DNA of 64,000 nucleotides from an uncultured OCS116 cluster bacterium (GCA_902538185.1 CACBED010000001.1:111434-175433), one strand, 5' to 3'. Positions 49,053 to 60,208 are shown, numbered from the stretch's first letter. Notes: a model not told the origin generated them from the sequence alone. Numbers and translations: made by a program.

Positions 49053-49919
49053 TTAAATAGTAGGCATTTTTCTGATCATGCCCTCCTGGGCTACAGTTGC
49101 AATTAAATTTCCTTCATAGGAATAGAGCATTCCTTCAGCAAAACCTCTATTACCACTGGTTTTTGGGCTTTTCTGGCTGTAAAGGGTCCAATCATTAATA
49201 TCAAAATTGTTATCATGAAACCAAATTGAGTGATCTAGGCTTGCGACTTGAATATCTTTTTGGAAAATTGAAATACCATGTGGCATTAGAGCTGTATCTA
49301 GAATTGTATAGTCACTCGCATAGGCCAATAGGGCTTGGTTCATTATCGGATCTAGATCTGTTTTTCCCGAGGTTTTTAACCAAAGAAGCTGTAATGGGTC
49401 TTCATTTTTCAGCATAGTAATATCTCGTGGTTTTATTGGCCGGAATTCTATGGGTCTATCCCTATGTCGTGTGTCTTTAATATTGTCTGGTTTATTTTTA
49501 AAGACATTATCAAGTATTTCCATTTCTGTTTTCAGTTTTTCGGGATTAACGACGTCACAAGGCATTTTTTCTTGATGTTCAAGACCCCTTTCTTTTTTTT
49601 GAAATGACGCAGTCATATAAAATATTAATTTGTCATTCTGGTAAGCGGATACAATTCTTTGAGCAAAACTTCTGCCCTCACGAAGAGTATTCACTTCGTA
49701 ATTCATTATAATATCAGGATCACCGGCACGAAGAAAATATGAGTGTAAGGAGTGCAAATTTTTATCTTTCACAGTCCTGTATGAGGCAATGATTGATTGT
49801 GCAACGATGAGGCCTCCAAATACCCTAGTCCAACCAAACTCATTTACTGAAGCTCTGAACCTGTTATCTGATATTTTCTCTATGTTGAGTAAGTTCTGAA
49901 GATTTTTTATCGCACTCAT
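49053..49919 (-). CDS. tesB: acyl-CoA thioesterase II
   Basis: Double hot-dog fold, 288 aa, with VFGGLIVAQS and SLDHSIWFH motifs. Confidence 0.9.
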   Translation of the reverse strand: MSAIKNLQNLLNIEKISDNRFRASVNEFGWTRVFGGLIVAQSIIASYRTVKDKNLHSLHSYFLRAGDPDIIMNYEVNTLREGRSFAQRIVSAYQNDKLIFYMTASFQKKERGLEHQEKMPCDVVNPEKLKTEMEILDNVFKNKPDNIKDTRHRDRPIEFRPIKPRDITMLKNEDPLQLLWLKTSGKTDLDPIMNQALLAYASDYTILDTALMPHGISIFQKDIQVASLDHSIWFHDNNFDINDWTLYSQKSPKTSGNRGFAEGMLYSYEGNLIATVAQEGMIRKMPTI

Positions 49920-49985
49920 AATAAAATAGAAATTATTTAATAAAGTTATATATTTATATTTTAAAGACTACATAACAAGAAAAAA

Positions 49986-51188
49986 ATGAAACAGTTAAAA
50001 TCTTCTCATTCGGATGTGATAATTGTAGGTAATGGAATAACTTCACAATTTTTTGCACTTAGATTATCAAAGATATTGGGCGGTAGGATTAGAATAATAA
50101 TCATTGATAAAGAGAGAAAGGATTCTGATCTTAAGGAATATGTTCGTGCTCTTTCTTTATCACTATCGACAATCAACCTGTGTAAGTCACTTGGTATCTG
50201 GAAATTGATAGAACCACATACACACCCAATATCTAAAATATTTATAAGTCACTCAGCATCAAACACAGAAAAACGAAGTTTTTTAAATCTAGATAATAGG
50301 GTTAATGAGGAGGTTGCATCATATATAATTGATGAGAAGGTGCTTAGAAAGATAGTTTCTGAAGAAACAGCAAAACTTAGTAATGTAGACGTAATTTACG
50401 CTAATATTGGTGATATTAAGTTGGATACTGATCAGGTCAACGTGAAAGCGCAGAATCAAATATTAACATCAAAATTACTTGTTGCGGCTGATGGAAGAAA
50501 ATCAACCGTAAAAAAACAACTCAACATTAAATCGGTATCATGGGACTATAATCAACTTGCACTATCTTGTTTAATTGAGCATTCAAAAAATAATGAAAAT
50601 ATTGCTGTTGAAAATTTTCTACAGACGGGTCCAATTGCTTTACTCCCAATGGGTAAAGGTATTTCTTCCGTAATTTGGTCGGTGAATAGAGATAATATTG
50701 GCCGAATAAAAAAAATTAGTAATAGTGACTTAAAATTGAATATAGAAAAACAGTTTAAAAATTATATTGGTGAAATTATTAAACTGGATAACTCTGGTTT
50801 TTTTGAGCTCAACTTCTCCGTTGTACAAAAATTATATTTCAAGAGATGTGCTATAATTGGTGATGCAGCTCACTCGATTCATCCTCTTGCTGGACAGGGG
50901 ACTAATTTAGGATTGCGTGATATTATTTGTCTATCTGATAGGATCATTGAAGCCTTCAAGTATGGATTAGATGTTGGTTCGACATATAATCTTCAAGAAT
51001 ACCACAGAAAAAGAATGCCTGATATTTTGACATCAGCACTAGCATATGATGGAATAAACAGGTTATATTCAAATAATATTAGTGGCCTAAATCCCTTAAA
51101 AGATTTCGTAATTAATTTGGCCGATAGCATTCCCATTCTCAAAAAGACTCTTGTTAGAGGAGGATCCGGTATATCTATAAAATATTAA
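49986..51188 (+). CDS. UbiH/UbiF/VisC/COQ6-family FAD-dependent ubiquinone biosynthesis hydroxylase
   Basis: N-terminal dinucleotide fold DVIIVGNGITS, DGRKS, and the IIGDAAHSIHPLAGQGTNLGLRD signature. Confidence 0.88.
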   Translation: MKQLKSSHSDVIIVGNGITSQFFALRLSKILGGRIRIIIIDKERKDSDLKEYVRALSLSLSTINLCKSLGIWKLIEPHTHPISKIFISHSASNTEKRSFLNLDNRVNEEVASYIIDEKVLRKIVSEETAKLSNVDVIYANIGDIKLDTDQVNVKAQNQILTSKLLVAADGRKSTVKKQLNIKSVSWDYNQLALSCLIEHSKNNENIAVENFLQTGPIALLPMGKGISSVIWSVNRDNIGRIKKISNSDLKLNIEKQFKNYIGEIIKLDNSGFFELNFSVVQKLYFKRCAIIGDAAHSIHPLAGQGTNLGLRDIICLSDRIIEAFKYGLDVGSTYNLQEYHRKRMPDILTSALAYDGINRLYSNNISGLNPLKDFVINLADSIPILKKTLVRGGSGISIKY

Positions 51189-51221
51189 GTACCAAGCTTA
51201 GTTGATAACGTGGATTGATGA

Positions 51222-51404
51222 TTATTTCTGTGCTAACTTTCTTGCTTCAGAAGGGAGCATTATTGGTATGCCGTTTCTTATAGGATATGCCAAGCCAGCT
51301 TTATCAGATATAAGCTCTTGATTTTCTTCATCATAATCTAGTGGGCCAGCACTAACAGGACAAATCAAAACATGTAATAGTCTCTGGTCAAAATTATCTG
51401 CCAT
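51222..51404 (-). CDS. Trm112-family small protein (UPF0434)
   Basis: 60 aa: [14 protein letters not shown]...[18 protein letters not shown] moved the start to ATG 51404, just downstream of the preceding gene's stop (51406-51408). Confidence 0.85.
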   Translation of the reverse strand: MADNFDQRLLHVLICPVSAGPLDYDEENQELISDKAGLAYPIRNGIPIMLPSEARKLAQK

Positions 51405-51405
51405 T

Positions 51406-52059
51406 TTATTGAATGAAATTACTTTTCTTATTATTTCTGGAAGCGATTGAAATTTCACTTAGTGCTATTAGGATCTCAGATCTATTTTCTATATTTGTTG
51501 CTTCAAGTAGTGCCTGCTTTTCTTTTGCTGTAAATGGACTGAGCATTGCAAAGGCATTTATTAAAATTTCAGTATCCGTATCCGTTATTACAGACCAGTC
51601 AGTCGTTAAGTCATTCACATTTAAGTAGTCAGAGATAACATTTAGCAACTTTTCTCTGTCGATTGTATCTGTATTATCATCGAGTAGTAGGTCATCATTA
51701 AAAGCATGATATGTTACCTTCATTTCACGATAAGAAGCCTTATTTTCCTTCTCTTCGATAATATTAAATCTGCAGATACCTGTTAATTTAACTATTAATG
51801 TACCATCATCATTTTCAACGTAAGTTGAGATCTTCCCAAGGCATCCAACGCGCTCTGTATCACTTTTTTTCCTCTTAGATACGGAGGGTTGTATAATTCC
51901 AATATACTTATTTTTTTTCATAGCATCATCGATCATTTCTAGATATCTTGGCTCGAATATATTTAGAGGCAATATTGCTTTTGGCAACAGAACGCATTTA
52001 TCAAGTGGAAAAATTGGAATAACTTCCGGTAAATTTTTTATATCAGTTTCTTGGTTCAT
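51406..52059 (-). CDS. LON-peptidase substrate-binding (LON N-terminal) domain protein
   Basis: IPIFPL...[17 protein letters not shown]-terminal signature; about 217 aa with no ATPase or protease domain. Confidence 0.85.
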   Translation of the reverse strand: MNQETDIKNLPEVIPIFPLDKCVLLPKAILPLNIFEPRYLEMIDDAMKKNKYIGIIQPSVSKRKKSDTERVGCLGKISTYVENDDGTLIVKLTGICRFNIIEEKENKASYREMKVTYHAFNDDLLLDDNTDTIDREKLLNVISDYLNVNDLTTDWSVITDTDTEILINAFAMLSPFTAKEKQALLEATNIENRSEILIALSEISIASRNNKKSNFIQ

Positions 52060-52067
52060 GTATCCTC

Positions 52068-52949
52068 CTAGGAAAACAAAATTGCTGATAGATCTTTTCT
52101 TTTTTCAGCAGTCACAGGATCGGCGAAGCCCCAGGCTTCAAAAAACTTTAATAACTGCATCTGAGCTGCTTTTTCATTCCATTCTCTATCTATGTGAATA
52201 GATTTTATTAATAAATCTGCAGCTAGAGATTTTTCACCAACGGAATTATAGTAAAGTGATAAATCAATTCTCGATTGATGGTCGCTTGGATTTTCTTCTA
52301 TCTTCTCTTTAAGACTTGATATATTGGTATCATCACCAGGCTCACTTTGGGACAACTCAATTGTTGATTTTAGCTGTCTTATTTTCTCATTATTTAATAT
52401 TTGTGGAGACAAGTTTGCTAGAAAGTCGTTTGCAAAATCAAATTTTCTCATTTGCATGTAACAATCAGCTATTTCGAATATGACATCAATATTATCAGAA
52501 TTATCTGTTGCAATTGACTCAAGAATCGTCAGGGCTTCCTCGTAGTTCTTTTCTTGCTTCAAATTGATTACCTCTTGTAGGAGTTCATCAACTTTTGTAT
52601 CTTGGGTGTCAGTATGCTTATCAAAAAATTTTCTAAGTTCATCCTCTGTAATGTTACCCATAAAGCCATCAATTGGTTTTTGGTCTCTGAAAGCAAACAC
52701 AGCTGGTATTGATTGAATACCCATTTGTGCTGCTATCGCCTGGTTTTCGTCCACATTTACTTTACAGAGTAAGATATTCCCACCAAATTCACCTACAATT
52801 TTTTCAAGTGTTGGTGTCAATTGCTTACAGGGTCCACACCATGGCGCCCAAAAATCTACGATAACAAGACTGTGACTTGACGCTTCAATCACATCTTCAG
52901 AGAATGATGCAGTAGTGGTATCTTTTATAAATTGGTTAATATCTGTCAT
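52068..52949 (-). CDS. thioredoxin-domain plus TPR co-chaperone (YbbN/CnoX-like)
   Basis: VDFWAPWCGPCKQL thioredoxin motif followed by a TPR-like helical C-terminal half. Confidence 0.88.
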   Translation of the reverse strand: MTDINQFIKDTTTASFSEDVIEASSHSLVIVDFWAPWCGPCKQLTPTLEKIVGEFGGNILLCKVNVDENQAIAAQMGIQSIPAVFAFRDQKPIDGFMGNITEDELRKFFDKHTDTQDTKVDELLQEVINLKQEKNYEEALTILESIATDNSDNIDVIFEIADCYMQMRKFDFANDFLANLSPQILNNEKIRQLKSTIELSQSEPGDDTNISSLKEKIEENPSDHQSRIDLSLYYNSVGEKSLAADLLIKSIHIDREWNEKAAQMQLLKFFEAWGFADPVTAEKRKDLSAILFS

Positions 52950-53071
52950 AATAAAGTATCCATTCTAGACTTCTTCTATATAATAAGTAATAGCACAAAA
53001 TCAATCACATTTAATGAATTATTTGCTAGTAAAATACACTAAATCCATATATAAAATTAGGTGTTTAATAA

Positions 53072-53146
53072 GCGGGCGTAGCTCAGTGGTAGAGCACAAC
53101 CTTGCCAAGGTTGGGGTCGTGAGTTCGAATCTCATCGCCCGCTCCA
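53072..53146 (+). tRNA. tRNA-Gly (anticodon GCC), CCA encoded
   Basis: Folded by hand into a cloverleaf. Acceptor stem GCGGGCG/CGCCCGC, D-arm GCTC-AGTGGTA-GAGC, anticodon arm CAACC-TTGCCAA-GGTTG, T-arm GTGAG-TTCGAAT-CTCAT, then discriminator T and CCA. Confidence 0.95.
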
Positions 53147-53193
53147 TCATCAAAACTTCAAATCCAATTTTTTCTCTGTTGAGGTTTTAGAAA

Positions 53194-54603
53194 ATGTCAT
53201 CTCAAAAAATTTTAATCAAAAATGGAACTGTTGTCTATTCTGATAAGGTAGAAGTCACGGATCTTCTAATAGAGGATCAGGTCATAGAAAGAATAGAAAA
53301 TAATATAAGTGTATCGGTTGATAGGGAAATTGATGCAGCAAATAAATTAGTACTACCGGGTGGCATTGATAGTCATTGTCATATTGAACAGAGATCTGCA
53401 TCTGGTTTAGTAAATTCTGATACATTTCTATCTGGAACCACTGCGGCCGCACTCGGAGGAAATACGACCGTCATACCATTTGCAGCTCAGTATGAGGGCG
53501 ACTCCTTGACAAACATTGTCCAAAAATATCACGAGCTAGCTGAAAATAATGCTATTGTTGATTACTCCATGCACATGATCATTGCTGGACCGTCAGATGA
53601 TGTTATTGATTTTCAGCTACCAAAGCTGATCAGGGAGGGTCATAGTTCAATAAAGATATTCATGACTTATGACAGGTTAAGAATCGATGATAATAGTATT
53701 CATAGAATACTTGAGCAGGCGAAACAATGCGGTGCGATGGTTTCAGTACACGCTGAAAACCATGAAATGATTACAAAAAAAGTAAAAGAATTGCTTAATA
53801 ATAATTGCACGCATCCAAAGTATCACACAGATAGTCATCCAGTGGATGGTGAAGTAGACGCTTTCAAGAGGATCATAAAAATGTCCGAAGAGACTAAACA
53901 ACCGGTAATGATTTTTCATGTTTCCTCTGAAAAAGGTCTTAATGAAATAAAAAAAGGTAAGTTAAGGGGGGTTCATTTTTTTGCTGAAACATGCACTCAA
54001 TATCTCTCTTTGAACTCAAGTCTGCTTAGCCAGTCTAATATAAAAGAAGCTGCAAAGTGGATCTGCAGCCCTCCAGTTCGTGATAAGAGTGACTCTGAAG
54101 CATTATGGCGTGGTATTGAGGAAAAGGTTCTTGATTTAGTATCTTCCGATCACGCACCATACAGCTTTGATGAAAAAGGTAAATTTTTTATGGGTAACAA
54201 TCCAAACTTTAAGGAAATACCAAATGGTATGCCGGGACTCCATTGGAGATTGCCAATTATTCTCAATAATGTATTAAGAAAACAGTGCAACTTAGATTTG
54301 CATGATTTCGTTCGGATTACCTCAACAATGCCTGCAAAAATATACGGTCTTTATCCTAAAAAAGGTGAAATTAGAATTGGTTCCGATGCTGACATTACAA
54401 TCTGGAACAAAGATAAAAAAGTTACACTCACAGACGACATGGTTGTTGATGGGTCAAAATATAACCCATACACCGGATTTGAAGTATTTTGCTGGCCCGA
54501 CGAAGTATTATTGAGGGGACACACAATTGTCAAAAATAATAAAATCATGGGAAAACAAAATACAGGTAAATTTTTGCCAACAAAACTAAGTGATTACATT
54601 TGA
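53194..54603 (+). CDS. cyclic amidohydrolase: dihydropyrimidinase / D-hydantoinase family
   Basis: Metal-binding motif GGIDSHCH, a putative carboxylated lysine in SIKIFMTY, HAEN, and SSDHAP motifs; 469 aa. Confidence 0.85.
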   Translation: MSSQKILIKNGTVVYSDKVEVTDLLIEDQVIERIENNISVSVDREIDAANKLVLPGGIDSHCHIEQRSASGLVNSDTFLSGTTAAALGGNTTVIPFAAQYEGDSLTNIVQKYHELAENNAIVDYSMHMIIAGPSDDVIDFQLPKLIREGHSSIKIFMTYDRLRIDDNSIHRILEQAKQCGAMVSVHAENHEMITKKVKELLNNNCTHPKYHTDSHPVDGEVDAFKRIIKMSEETKQPVMIFHVSSEKGLNEIKKGKLRGVHFFAETCTQYLSLNSSLLSQSNIKEAAKWICSPPVRDKSDSEALWRGIEEKVLDLVSSDHAPYSFDEKGKFFMGNNPNFKEIPNGMPGLHWRLPIILNNVLRKQCNLDLHDFVRITSTMPAKIYGLYPKKGEIRIGSDADITIWNKDKKVTLTDDMVVDGSKYNPYTGFEVFCWPDEVLLRGHTIVKNNKIMGKQNTGKFLPTKLSDYI

Positions 54604-54606
54604 TTG

Positions 54607-56175
54607 TTAGTGCTTAAAATGTCTGTAACCAGTGAAAACCATTGACAGACCGGCATTATTTGCTGTTTCGATAACTTCTCTATCTCGAATTGAACCGCCA
54701 GGTTGGATTACGGCGATTGCACCAAATTTGATGGCTTCATCTAATCCATCAGAAAATGGAAAAAATGCATCAGATGCAATGACACATCCAGTTCTTTGTT
54801 TTTCGTCATTTATATTCTCATAAAATTTCTGTATTGCAATTTTTGATGAATCGACGCGACTCGTTTGACCAGCTCCGATGCCAATTGTCTTCATATTCTT
54901 AACATAAACAATAGCATTAGATTTTACATGCTTTACAACCTTGAATGCGAATATCAAATCTCTCATCTGCTCAGAATTAGGTTTGTTAGAAGTGACAGTC
55001 TTTAGTTCACTTTCATCAATTATAAATTGGTCTCTGTCTTGTACCAAATAGCCCCCATAGACTGACTTGAGTATCTTGTTATCTGATTTTTCATTATTGA
55101 TTATGTTGAACTTTATTACTCTGAGGTTTTGCTTATCAGATAGTACCTTTAATGCATCATCAGTAAAACCGGGTGCGATTACAACTTCTGAAAATATTTT
55201 TATAATTTCAGCTGCAGTGTCTGCTTCAATAATAACATTAGCTATTAAAATACCACCAAAAGCACTCGTTGGATCACAAGATAGTGCATCAATATATGAG
55301 GCAAATAACGTCTCTTTCTGGGCGACACCACATGGGTTAGCGTGTTTGATTATGGCAAATGTGGGGCTATCTTTCTTAAAATCATCAATTAGCTGTAGAG
55401 CTGCATCAATATCATTAATATTATTATAAGATAACTCTTTTCCTTGTAATTGTTCGATGGAGCCAAGCCCACTCTTTGAATTAATTTGTAATCCACCTGA
55501 TTGATGAGGGTTTTCACCATATCTTAATTTTTTTTCGCTTATTATTTTATCTGATGAACGATTTTTCTGATCTGGGTTGAGGTAGTCTTCAAACCAATTT
55601 GAAATTATCTTGTCGTAATTATAGGTTAATTTGAAAGCTTCTGCTGCGAGTGACATTCGTTCACTTAATGATAATCCTCCATTTATCTCCAATTTTCTTA
55701 CTAGATCGTCATATGCACCAGTGTGAGTTATTATAGACACTCTTGGGTAATTTTTTGCAGACGCTCTTATCATTGAAGGCCCCCCAATATCAATATTTTC
55801 AATAATTTCAGCAACGTCTTCTGTGGTTTCGACAGTTTTTTGGAAAGGGTATAAGTTTACAACCACAAGGTCAAATTCCTCTATATTAAATTCTTTTATT
55901 GTTTCCTTGTCATCTGAATTATTCAATCTTGAGAGCAAGCCTGCGTATATATTTGGATGTAATGTTTTAACTCGACCACCCAAGAGCTCGGGGAATTTTG
56001 TGATTTCATCTATTTGAGTGACTTCAATATTATTATCAACTAGTAATCTTGCTGTGCCTCCTGTGGAGACAATTTCAATACCAAGTTCCTCAAGGCTTTT
56101 AGCAAGCTTTACTATATCAGTTTTATCAAAAACACTTATGAGAGCACGTTTTATCTTAATAATATTATCATTCAT
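54607..56175 (-). CDS. purH: bifunctional AICAR transformylase / IMP cyclohydrolase
   Basis: RALISVFDKT, STGGTA, VKTLHP, and a C-terminal TGYRHFKH. Confidence 0.97.
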   Translation of the reverse strand: MNDNIIKIKRALISVFDKTDIVKLAKSLEELGIEIVSTGGTARLLVDNNIEVTQIDEITKFPELLGGRVKTLHPNIYAGLLSRLNNSDDKETIKEFNIEEFDLVVVNLYPFQKTVETTEDVAEIIENIDIGGPSMIRASAKNYPRVSIITHTGAYDDLVRKLEINGGLSLSERMSLAAEAFKLTYNYDKIISNWFEDYLNPDQKNRSSDKIISEKKLRYGENPHQSGGLQINSKSGLGSIEQLQGKELSYNNINDIDAALQLIDDFKKDSPTFAIIKHANPCGVAQKETLFASYIDALSCDPTSAFGGILIANVIIEADTAAEIIKIFSEVVIAPGFTDDALKVLSDKQNLRVIKFNIINNEKSDNKILKSVYGGYLVQDRDQFIIDESELKTVTSNKPNSEQMRDLIFAFKVVKHVKSNAIVYVKNMKTIGIGAGQTSRVDSSKIAIQKFYENINDEKQRTGCVIASDAFFPFSDGLDEAIKFGAIAVIQPGGSIRDREVIETANNAGLSMVFTGYRHFKH

Positions 56176-56214
56176 ACCCGGTTATTTCCTCGAGGCTTGA
56201 GTTACACATTTAAA

Positions 56215-56613
56215 CTATTCTTGCATCTCAAGTTTTTCTATTAGTTCATCAAGATTAGTCACATCAGTGTAGTCTTCACTCAAGCCACCCGTTCCTGATT
56301 TATTTTTACACGCAAAGAATGTGCATTCATCATCTAATAGACGTATACCATGCACAGTATTTCTTGGAATAAAAATTAAATCACCAGCATCCGCGGTTGT
56401 TGTCTCATTTCCCAGTAAGACTGCCAGTTTACCAGAGAGAATATATATCCATTGTTCGTCATTCGGGTGATAATGCGGGGGTGGAACATCGCCTTTTTTG
56501 TACGTTACAATGCCTACTTTAAGAAGATCCCCGGCATATTGGATCATTTTGATGTGTGGTCTTGCAACATCTGGCGTCGCTTCCATTTCATCTTTTCGAA
56601 AAATTGGCATCAA
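56215..56613 (-). CDS. cupin-domain protein
   Basis: 132 aa with cupin motifs PPHYHPNDEQWIYILSG and GDLIFIPRNTVHG. Confidence 0.8.
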   Translation of the reverse strand: MMPIFRKDEMEATPDVARPHIKMIQYAGDLLKVGIVTYKKGDVPPPHYHPNDEQWIYILSGKLAVLLGNETTTADAGDLIFIPRNTVHGIRLLDDECTFFACKNKSGTGGLSEDYTDVTNLDELIEKLEMQE

Positions 56614-56649
56614 ACTATTCCTAATTTTTATAATTACAAGTTAATATTA

Positions 56650-57978
56650 TTATTTTTTCTGAAGAATGGAAATAAAGAAACCATCATTTCCACCATCTCC
56701 TATTGTATTGGGCAAAATCCGTAAATAACCATTGGGGTGAATAAATTCTTGAAATAAAACAAAATCCTTTTTCTGAATTTTTCTTAACTCAATGTCATCT
56801 CTTTCATCGAGGATTCTGTCAATTTGGAATTCTCCTTCCTCCTTTTCTAATGAGCATGTGCAATATAAGAGAAAACCCCCTTTTTTAAGAAGTTTAATTC
56901 CATTAATAAGTAATTTATGTTGAAGATTTGTAAGATAATCCAGATTATGACTTTTTCTTCTTAATATGTCTGGGTTCCGTCTCATGACGCCAGTCGAACT
57001 GCATGGGGCATCGATCAAGACTCCATCATATTTTAATTTTGTGCTCCATTTTGTGCCATCAGCATGAATAATATCTGCTTCAAAGTTTAGTCTTTTTAGG
57101 TTTGTTTTTAAAAGGTTTATCCGATCAATACTGCTCTCAATTGCTGTGACTTTTGCTCCAGCATCAATTAAATTTGCTGTTTTACCTCCAGGTGCCGCGC
57201 AAAGGTCAACAATGGTTTTGTTATTAATTTCATTTTGAATAATTCGAACGGGCATGGACGCAGCAATATCTTGGACCCACCATTTGCCATCATGATAGTA
57301 TTTTATATCCGGAATAAATCCATACTTTTTGAAACGAATATTTCCGGGTACAATGCACTCCCCACCAAGATCTTCAGCAATTTTTTCATCAATTTTTTTT
57401 AGTGTTATGTCTAAAGGTGGAATATTGACTAATGAGCTCGCTACTTGATTTATTTCATCAGATGTATAATAATTTTTCCACCTTTCCAACATCCATTTGG
57501 GAATTAGTTCTAAGTTATCAAATTGATCATCAGTATATTTTTCAATGTCATCGCTCACTCTGCGGAGCACTGCATTAACAAGATTTTTTAATTTATATGA
57601 TTTTTTATCATTTTTAGTTTGTATTATCGCAAGATTCACCACAGCATAGGGCGGAGATTGCATAAAAATTAATTGGCATATGGCAGTCATCATAATTAGA
57701 TGAATTCGGGGGGAATGGCTCCGAACCGATTTTTTCAGGTAATTATATAATATCTGCTCAATGTGCCCCCATCGTCTGAGGGTTGTCATTACTATTGATT
57801 TACAAAGCGCAATATCTTCTTTTGGTGCACTTCGATAATTCTCTTTTTTGAGGTAAAATTCTAGTCGGTCGTCTGGGCTTACATTTTTACGAACAACCTC
57901 ATCAAGTATATCCAGTGCCAGTGCTCTGGGGATATATCCCTTTTCTTGGTGTTTTATTATTTTCTTTGCGGGGCTCAT
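56650..57978 (-). CDS. rsmB: 16S rRNA (cytosine967-C5)-methyltransferase RsmB (Sun)
   Basis: N-terminal NusB-like domain, SAM motif DLCAAPGGKT, catalytic DAPCSSTGVMRRNPD, and the LLYCTCS motif. Confidence 0.92.
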   Translation of the reverse strand: MSPAKKIIKHQEKGYIPRALALDILDEVVRKNVSPDDRLEFYLKKENYRSAPKEDIALCKSIVMTTLRRWGHIEQILYNYLKKSVRSHSPRIHLIMMTAICQLIFMQSPPYAVVNLAIIQTKNDKKSYKLKNLVNAVLRRVSDDIEKYTDDQFDNLELIPKWMLERWKNYYTSDEINQVASSLVNIPPLDITLKKIDEKIAEDLGGECIVPGNIRFKKYGFIPDIKYYHDGKWWVQDIAASMPVRIIQNEINNKTIVDLCAAPGGKTANLIDAGAKVTAIESSIDRINLLKTNLKRLNFEADIIHADGTKWSTKLKYDGVLIDAPCSSTGVMRRNPDILRRKSHNLDYLTNLQHKLLINGIKLLKKGGFLLYCTCSLEKEEGEFQIDRILDERDDIELRKIQKKDFVLFQEFIHPNGYLRILPNTIGDGGNDGFFISILQKK

Positions 57979-58039
57979 ATTTAATTTTTTTTTTTATTAA
58001 TTATATTTATACTTACAGATGTAACAATAATAAAAAATA

Positions 58040-58225
58040 ATGTCAGAAAATAATAAAAATAAACTCTCACCTGCAGCAAAGAGAGCTCTTAAGGAAGCTG
58101 AAGAGAGAAGAAAAGCAAATAGTAAAGCAGTAACAGAAATGCCAAAAGAAATTGATGGGCCAGAGGGGCCCGAACCCACAAGATATGGCGACTGGGAAAA
58201 AAAGGGAATAACCTCTGATTTCTAA
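58040..58225 (+). CDS. DUF1674 (SDHAF4-like) small protein
   Basis: 61 aa with a C-terminal EPTRYGDWEKKGITSDF signature. Confidence 0.85.
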   Translation: MSENNKNKLSPAAKRALKEAEERRKANSKAVTEMPKEIDGPEGPEPTRYGDWEKKGITSDF

Positions 58226-60181
58226 TTATTTATTCTTTCTATTGCTAATCAGATCATCAACAACTGTAGGATCGGCGAGTGTTGAGGTATCGCCTAAATC
58301 ACCAAAATTATTTTCAGCAATTTTGCGTAATATGCGACGCATAATTTTTCCTGACCTCGTTTTTGGCAAGGATGGTGTTATTTGTATGTGATCCGGTGAA
58401 GCAATCGGTCCAATTACATCTCTAACAGTGCTGTTGAGCTCTTTTGAAATTGCCTCATCTTCATAGTCAACATCAGCTTTCAGACTAACGAAAGCATAGA
58501 TACCCTGACCCTTAATATTGTGAGGGAACCCAACGACTGCGGACTCGGATACTTTTTTGTTTGAAACAAGAGCGGACTCTACTTCCGCAGTCCCTAGCCT
58601 ATGACCTGAAACATTTATAACGTCATCAACTCTACCTGTTATCCAGTAGTAACCGTCTGAGTCTCTCCGGCATCCATCACCTGTAAAATACATTTCATCG
58701 TATGTTGAAAAATATGTACTTTCGAATCTTTTGTGATCACCATATACTGTCCGCATTTGTCCCGGCCATGAGTCGCATATGACTAAATTGCCGCTGCATT
58801 CATCGTTTAAAATTTTCCCTTCAGCATCAACGATTGCAGGTTGTATTCCAAAAAAAGGTAATGTCGCAGACCCAGGTTTTTGGTCAATTGCGCCCGGTAA
58901 AGGTGATATCATTATGCCACCTGTCTCCGTTTGCCACCATGTATCTACTATTGGAGATTTTGCATCGCCGACAACATTGAAATACCAATTCCACGCCTCA
59001 GGATTGATTGGCTCCCCGACTGTTCCTAAAAGCCGCAAACTGGAACGGTCTGTGCATTTAACATGTTCATCACCAGCACCCATGAGAGCTCTAATCGCGG
59101 TTGGGGCAGTATAGAAAATATTAACTGCATACTTATCAATAATTTCCCAGCACCTTGATGCATTTGGATAGTTTGGAAGTCCCTCATACATCAGTACAGT
59201 TGCTGCATTAGAGAGAGGTCCATATACGATGTAACTGTGACCAGTAATCCATCCGACATCAGCAGCGCACCAATAAATATCATCTGGTTTATAATCAAAA
59301 ATATATTCATGTGTCATTGATGCGTAGACTATGTAACCGCCTGTCGTATGAAGAACACCTTTAGGTTTTCCTGTCGAGCCAGAGGTATACAAAATAAAGA
59401 GCGGGTCCTCCGCGGCCATTTCTTCAGGAGGGCAAGAGCCTGATACTTTTTCTATTTCTTCATGATACCATTTATCAATTGATGAATCCCATGAAATTTT
59501 ATTTCCAGTTCGCTGAATCACTAATGATTTTTCAACCACAGTACCAAGTCCATTAGCAATCTTGATTGCATCATCGACATTTTCCTTGAGTGGTATAATT
59601 TTTCCACCACGTATTCCCTCATCTGCAGTAATAATTATTTTTGATTTACAATCATGAATTCGTCCAGCAAGAGCTTCGGGAGAAAATCCTCCAAAAACTA
59701 CCGAGTGGATTGCACCAATTCTTGCACAAGCGAGCATTGCAAAGGTTGCCTCTGGTACCATTGGCATGTATATGGTGACCCGGTCACCTTTTTTTGTACC
59801 GATATTTTTTAAAATATTTCCAAATTTAGATACCTCTTCGTAGAGCTGCTGGTAAGTATAAATACGAGTTACCTCGCCATCATCGCTCTCCCAAATAATA
59901 GCTTTTTTTTGGGAATTATGTTTAAGATGGCGATCAATACAATTGGCAGAAATATTTAGTGTGCCGTCTTCAAACCACTGGATACTTATATTATTTTTCT
60001 TATAAGATGTATTTTTGACTTTTGTGTATGGTTTGATCCAATCAATTCTTTGACCATGTTTACGCCAAAAAGTTTCGGGTGAGTTAATACTCTCTGCGTA
60101 AAGATCATCATATGTTTTTCGATTAATGTGAGAATTTTCTGACCAAGTCTTGTTAACTTTATTTCCTATAAAATTATTCAT
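58226..60181 (-). CDS. acs: acetyl-CoA synthetase
   Basis: 651 aa; AMP-binding motif [19 protein letters not shown], and a C-terminal SGKIMRR. Confidence 0.97.
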   Translation of the reverse strand: MNNFIGNKVNKTWSENSHINRKTYDDLYAESINSPETFWRKHGQRIDWIKPYTKVKNTSYKKNNISIQWFEDGTLNISANCIDRHLKHNSQKKAIIWESDDGEVTRIYTYQQLYEEVSKFGNILKNIGTKKGDRVTIYMPMVPEATFAMLACARIGAIHSVVFGGFSPEALAGRIHDCKSKIIITADEGIRGGKIIPLKENVDDAIKIANGLGTVVEKSLVIQRTGNKISWDSSIDKWYHEEIEKVSGSCPPEEMAAEDPLFILYTSGSTGKPKGVLHTTGGYIVYASMTHEYIFDYKPDDIYWCAADVGWITGHSYIVYGPLSNAATVLMYEGLPNYPNASRCWEIIDKYAVNIFYTAPTAIRALMGAGDEHVKCTDRSSLRLLGTVGEPINPEAWNWYFNVVGDAKSPIVDTWWQTETGGIMISPLPGAIDQKPGSATLPFFGIQPAIVDAEGKILNDECSGNLVICDSWPGQMRTVYGDHKRFESTYFSTYDEMYFTGDGCRRDSDGYYWITGRVDDVINVSGHRLGTAEVESALVSNKKVSESAVVGFPHNIKGQGIYAFVSLKADVDYEDEAISKELNSTVRDVIGPIASPDHIQITPSLPKTRSGKIMRRILRKIAENNFGDLGDTSTLADPTVVDDLISNRKNK

Positions 60182-60208
60182 TTTTATTAATCACCATTTT
60201 TAATTCTA

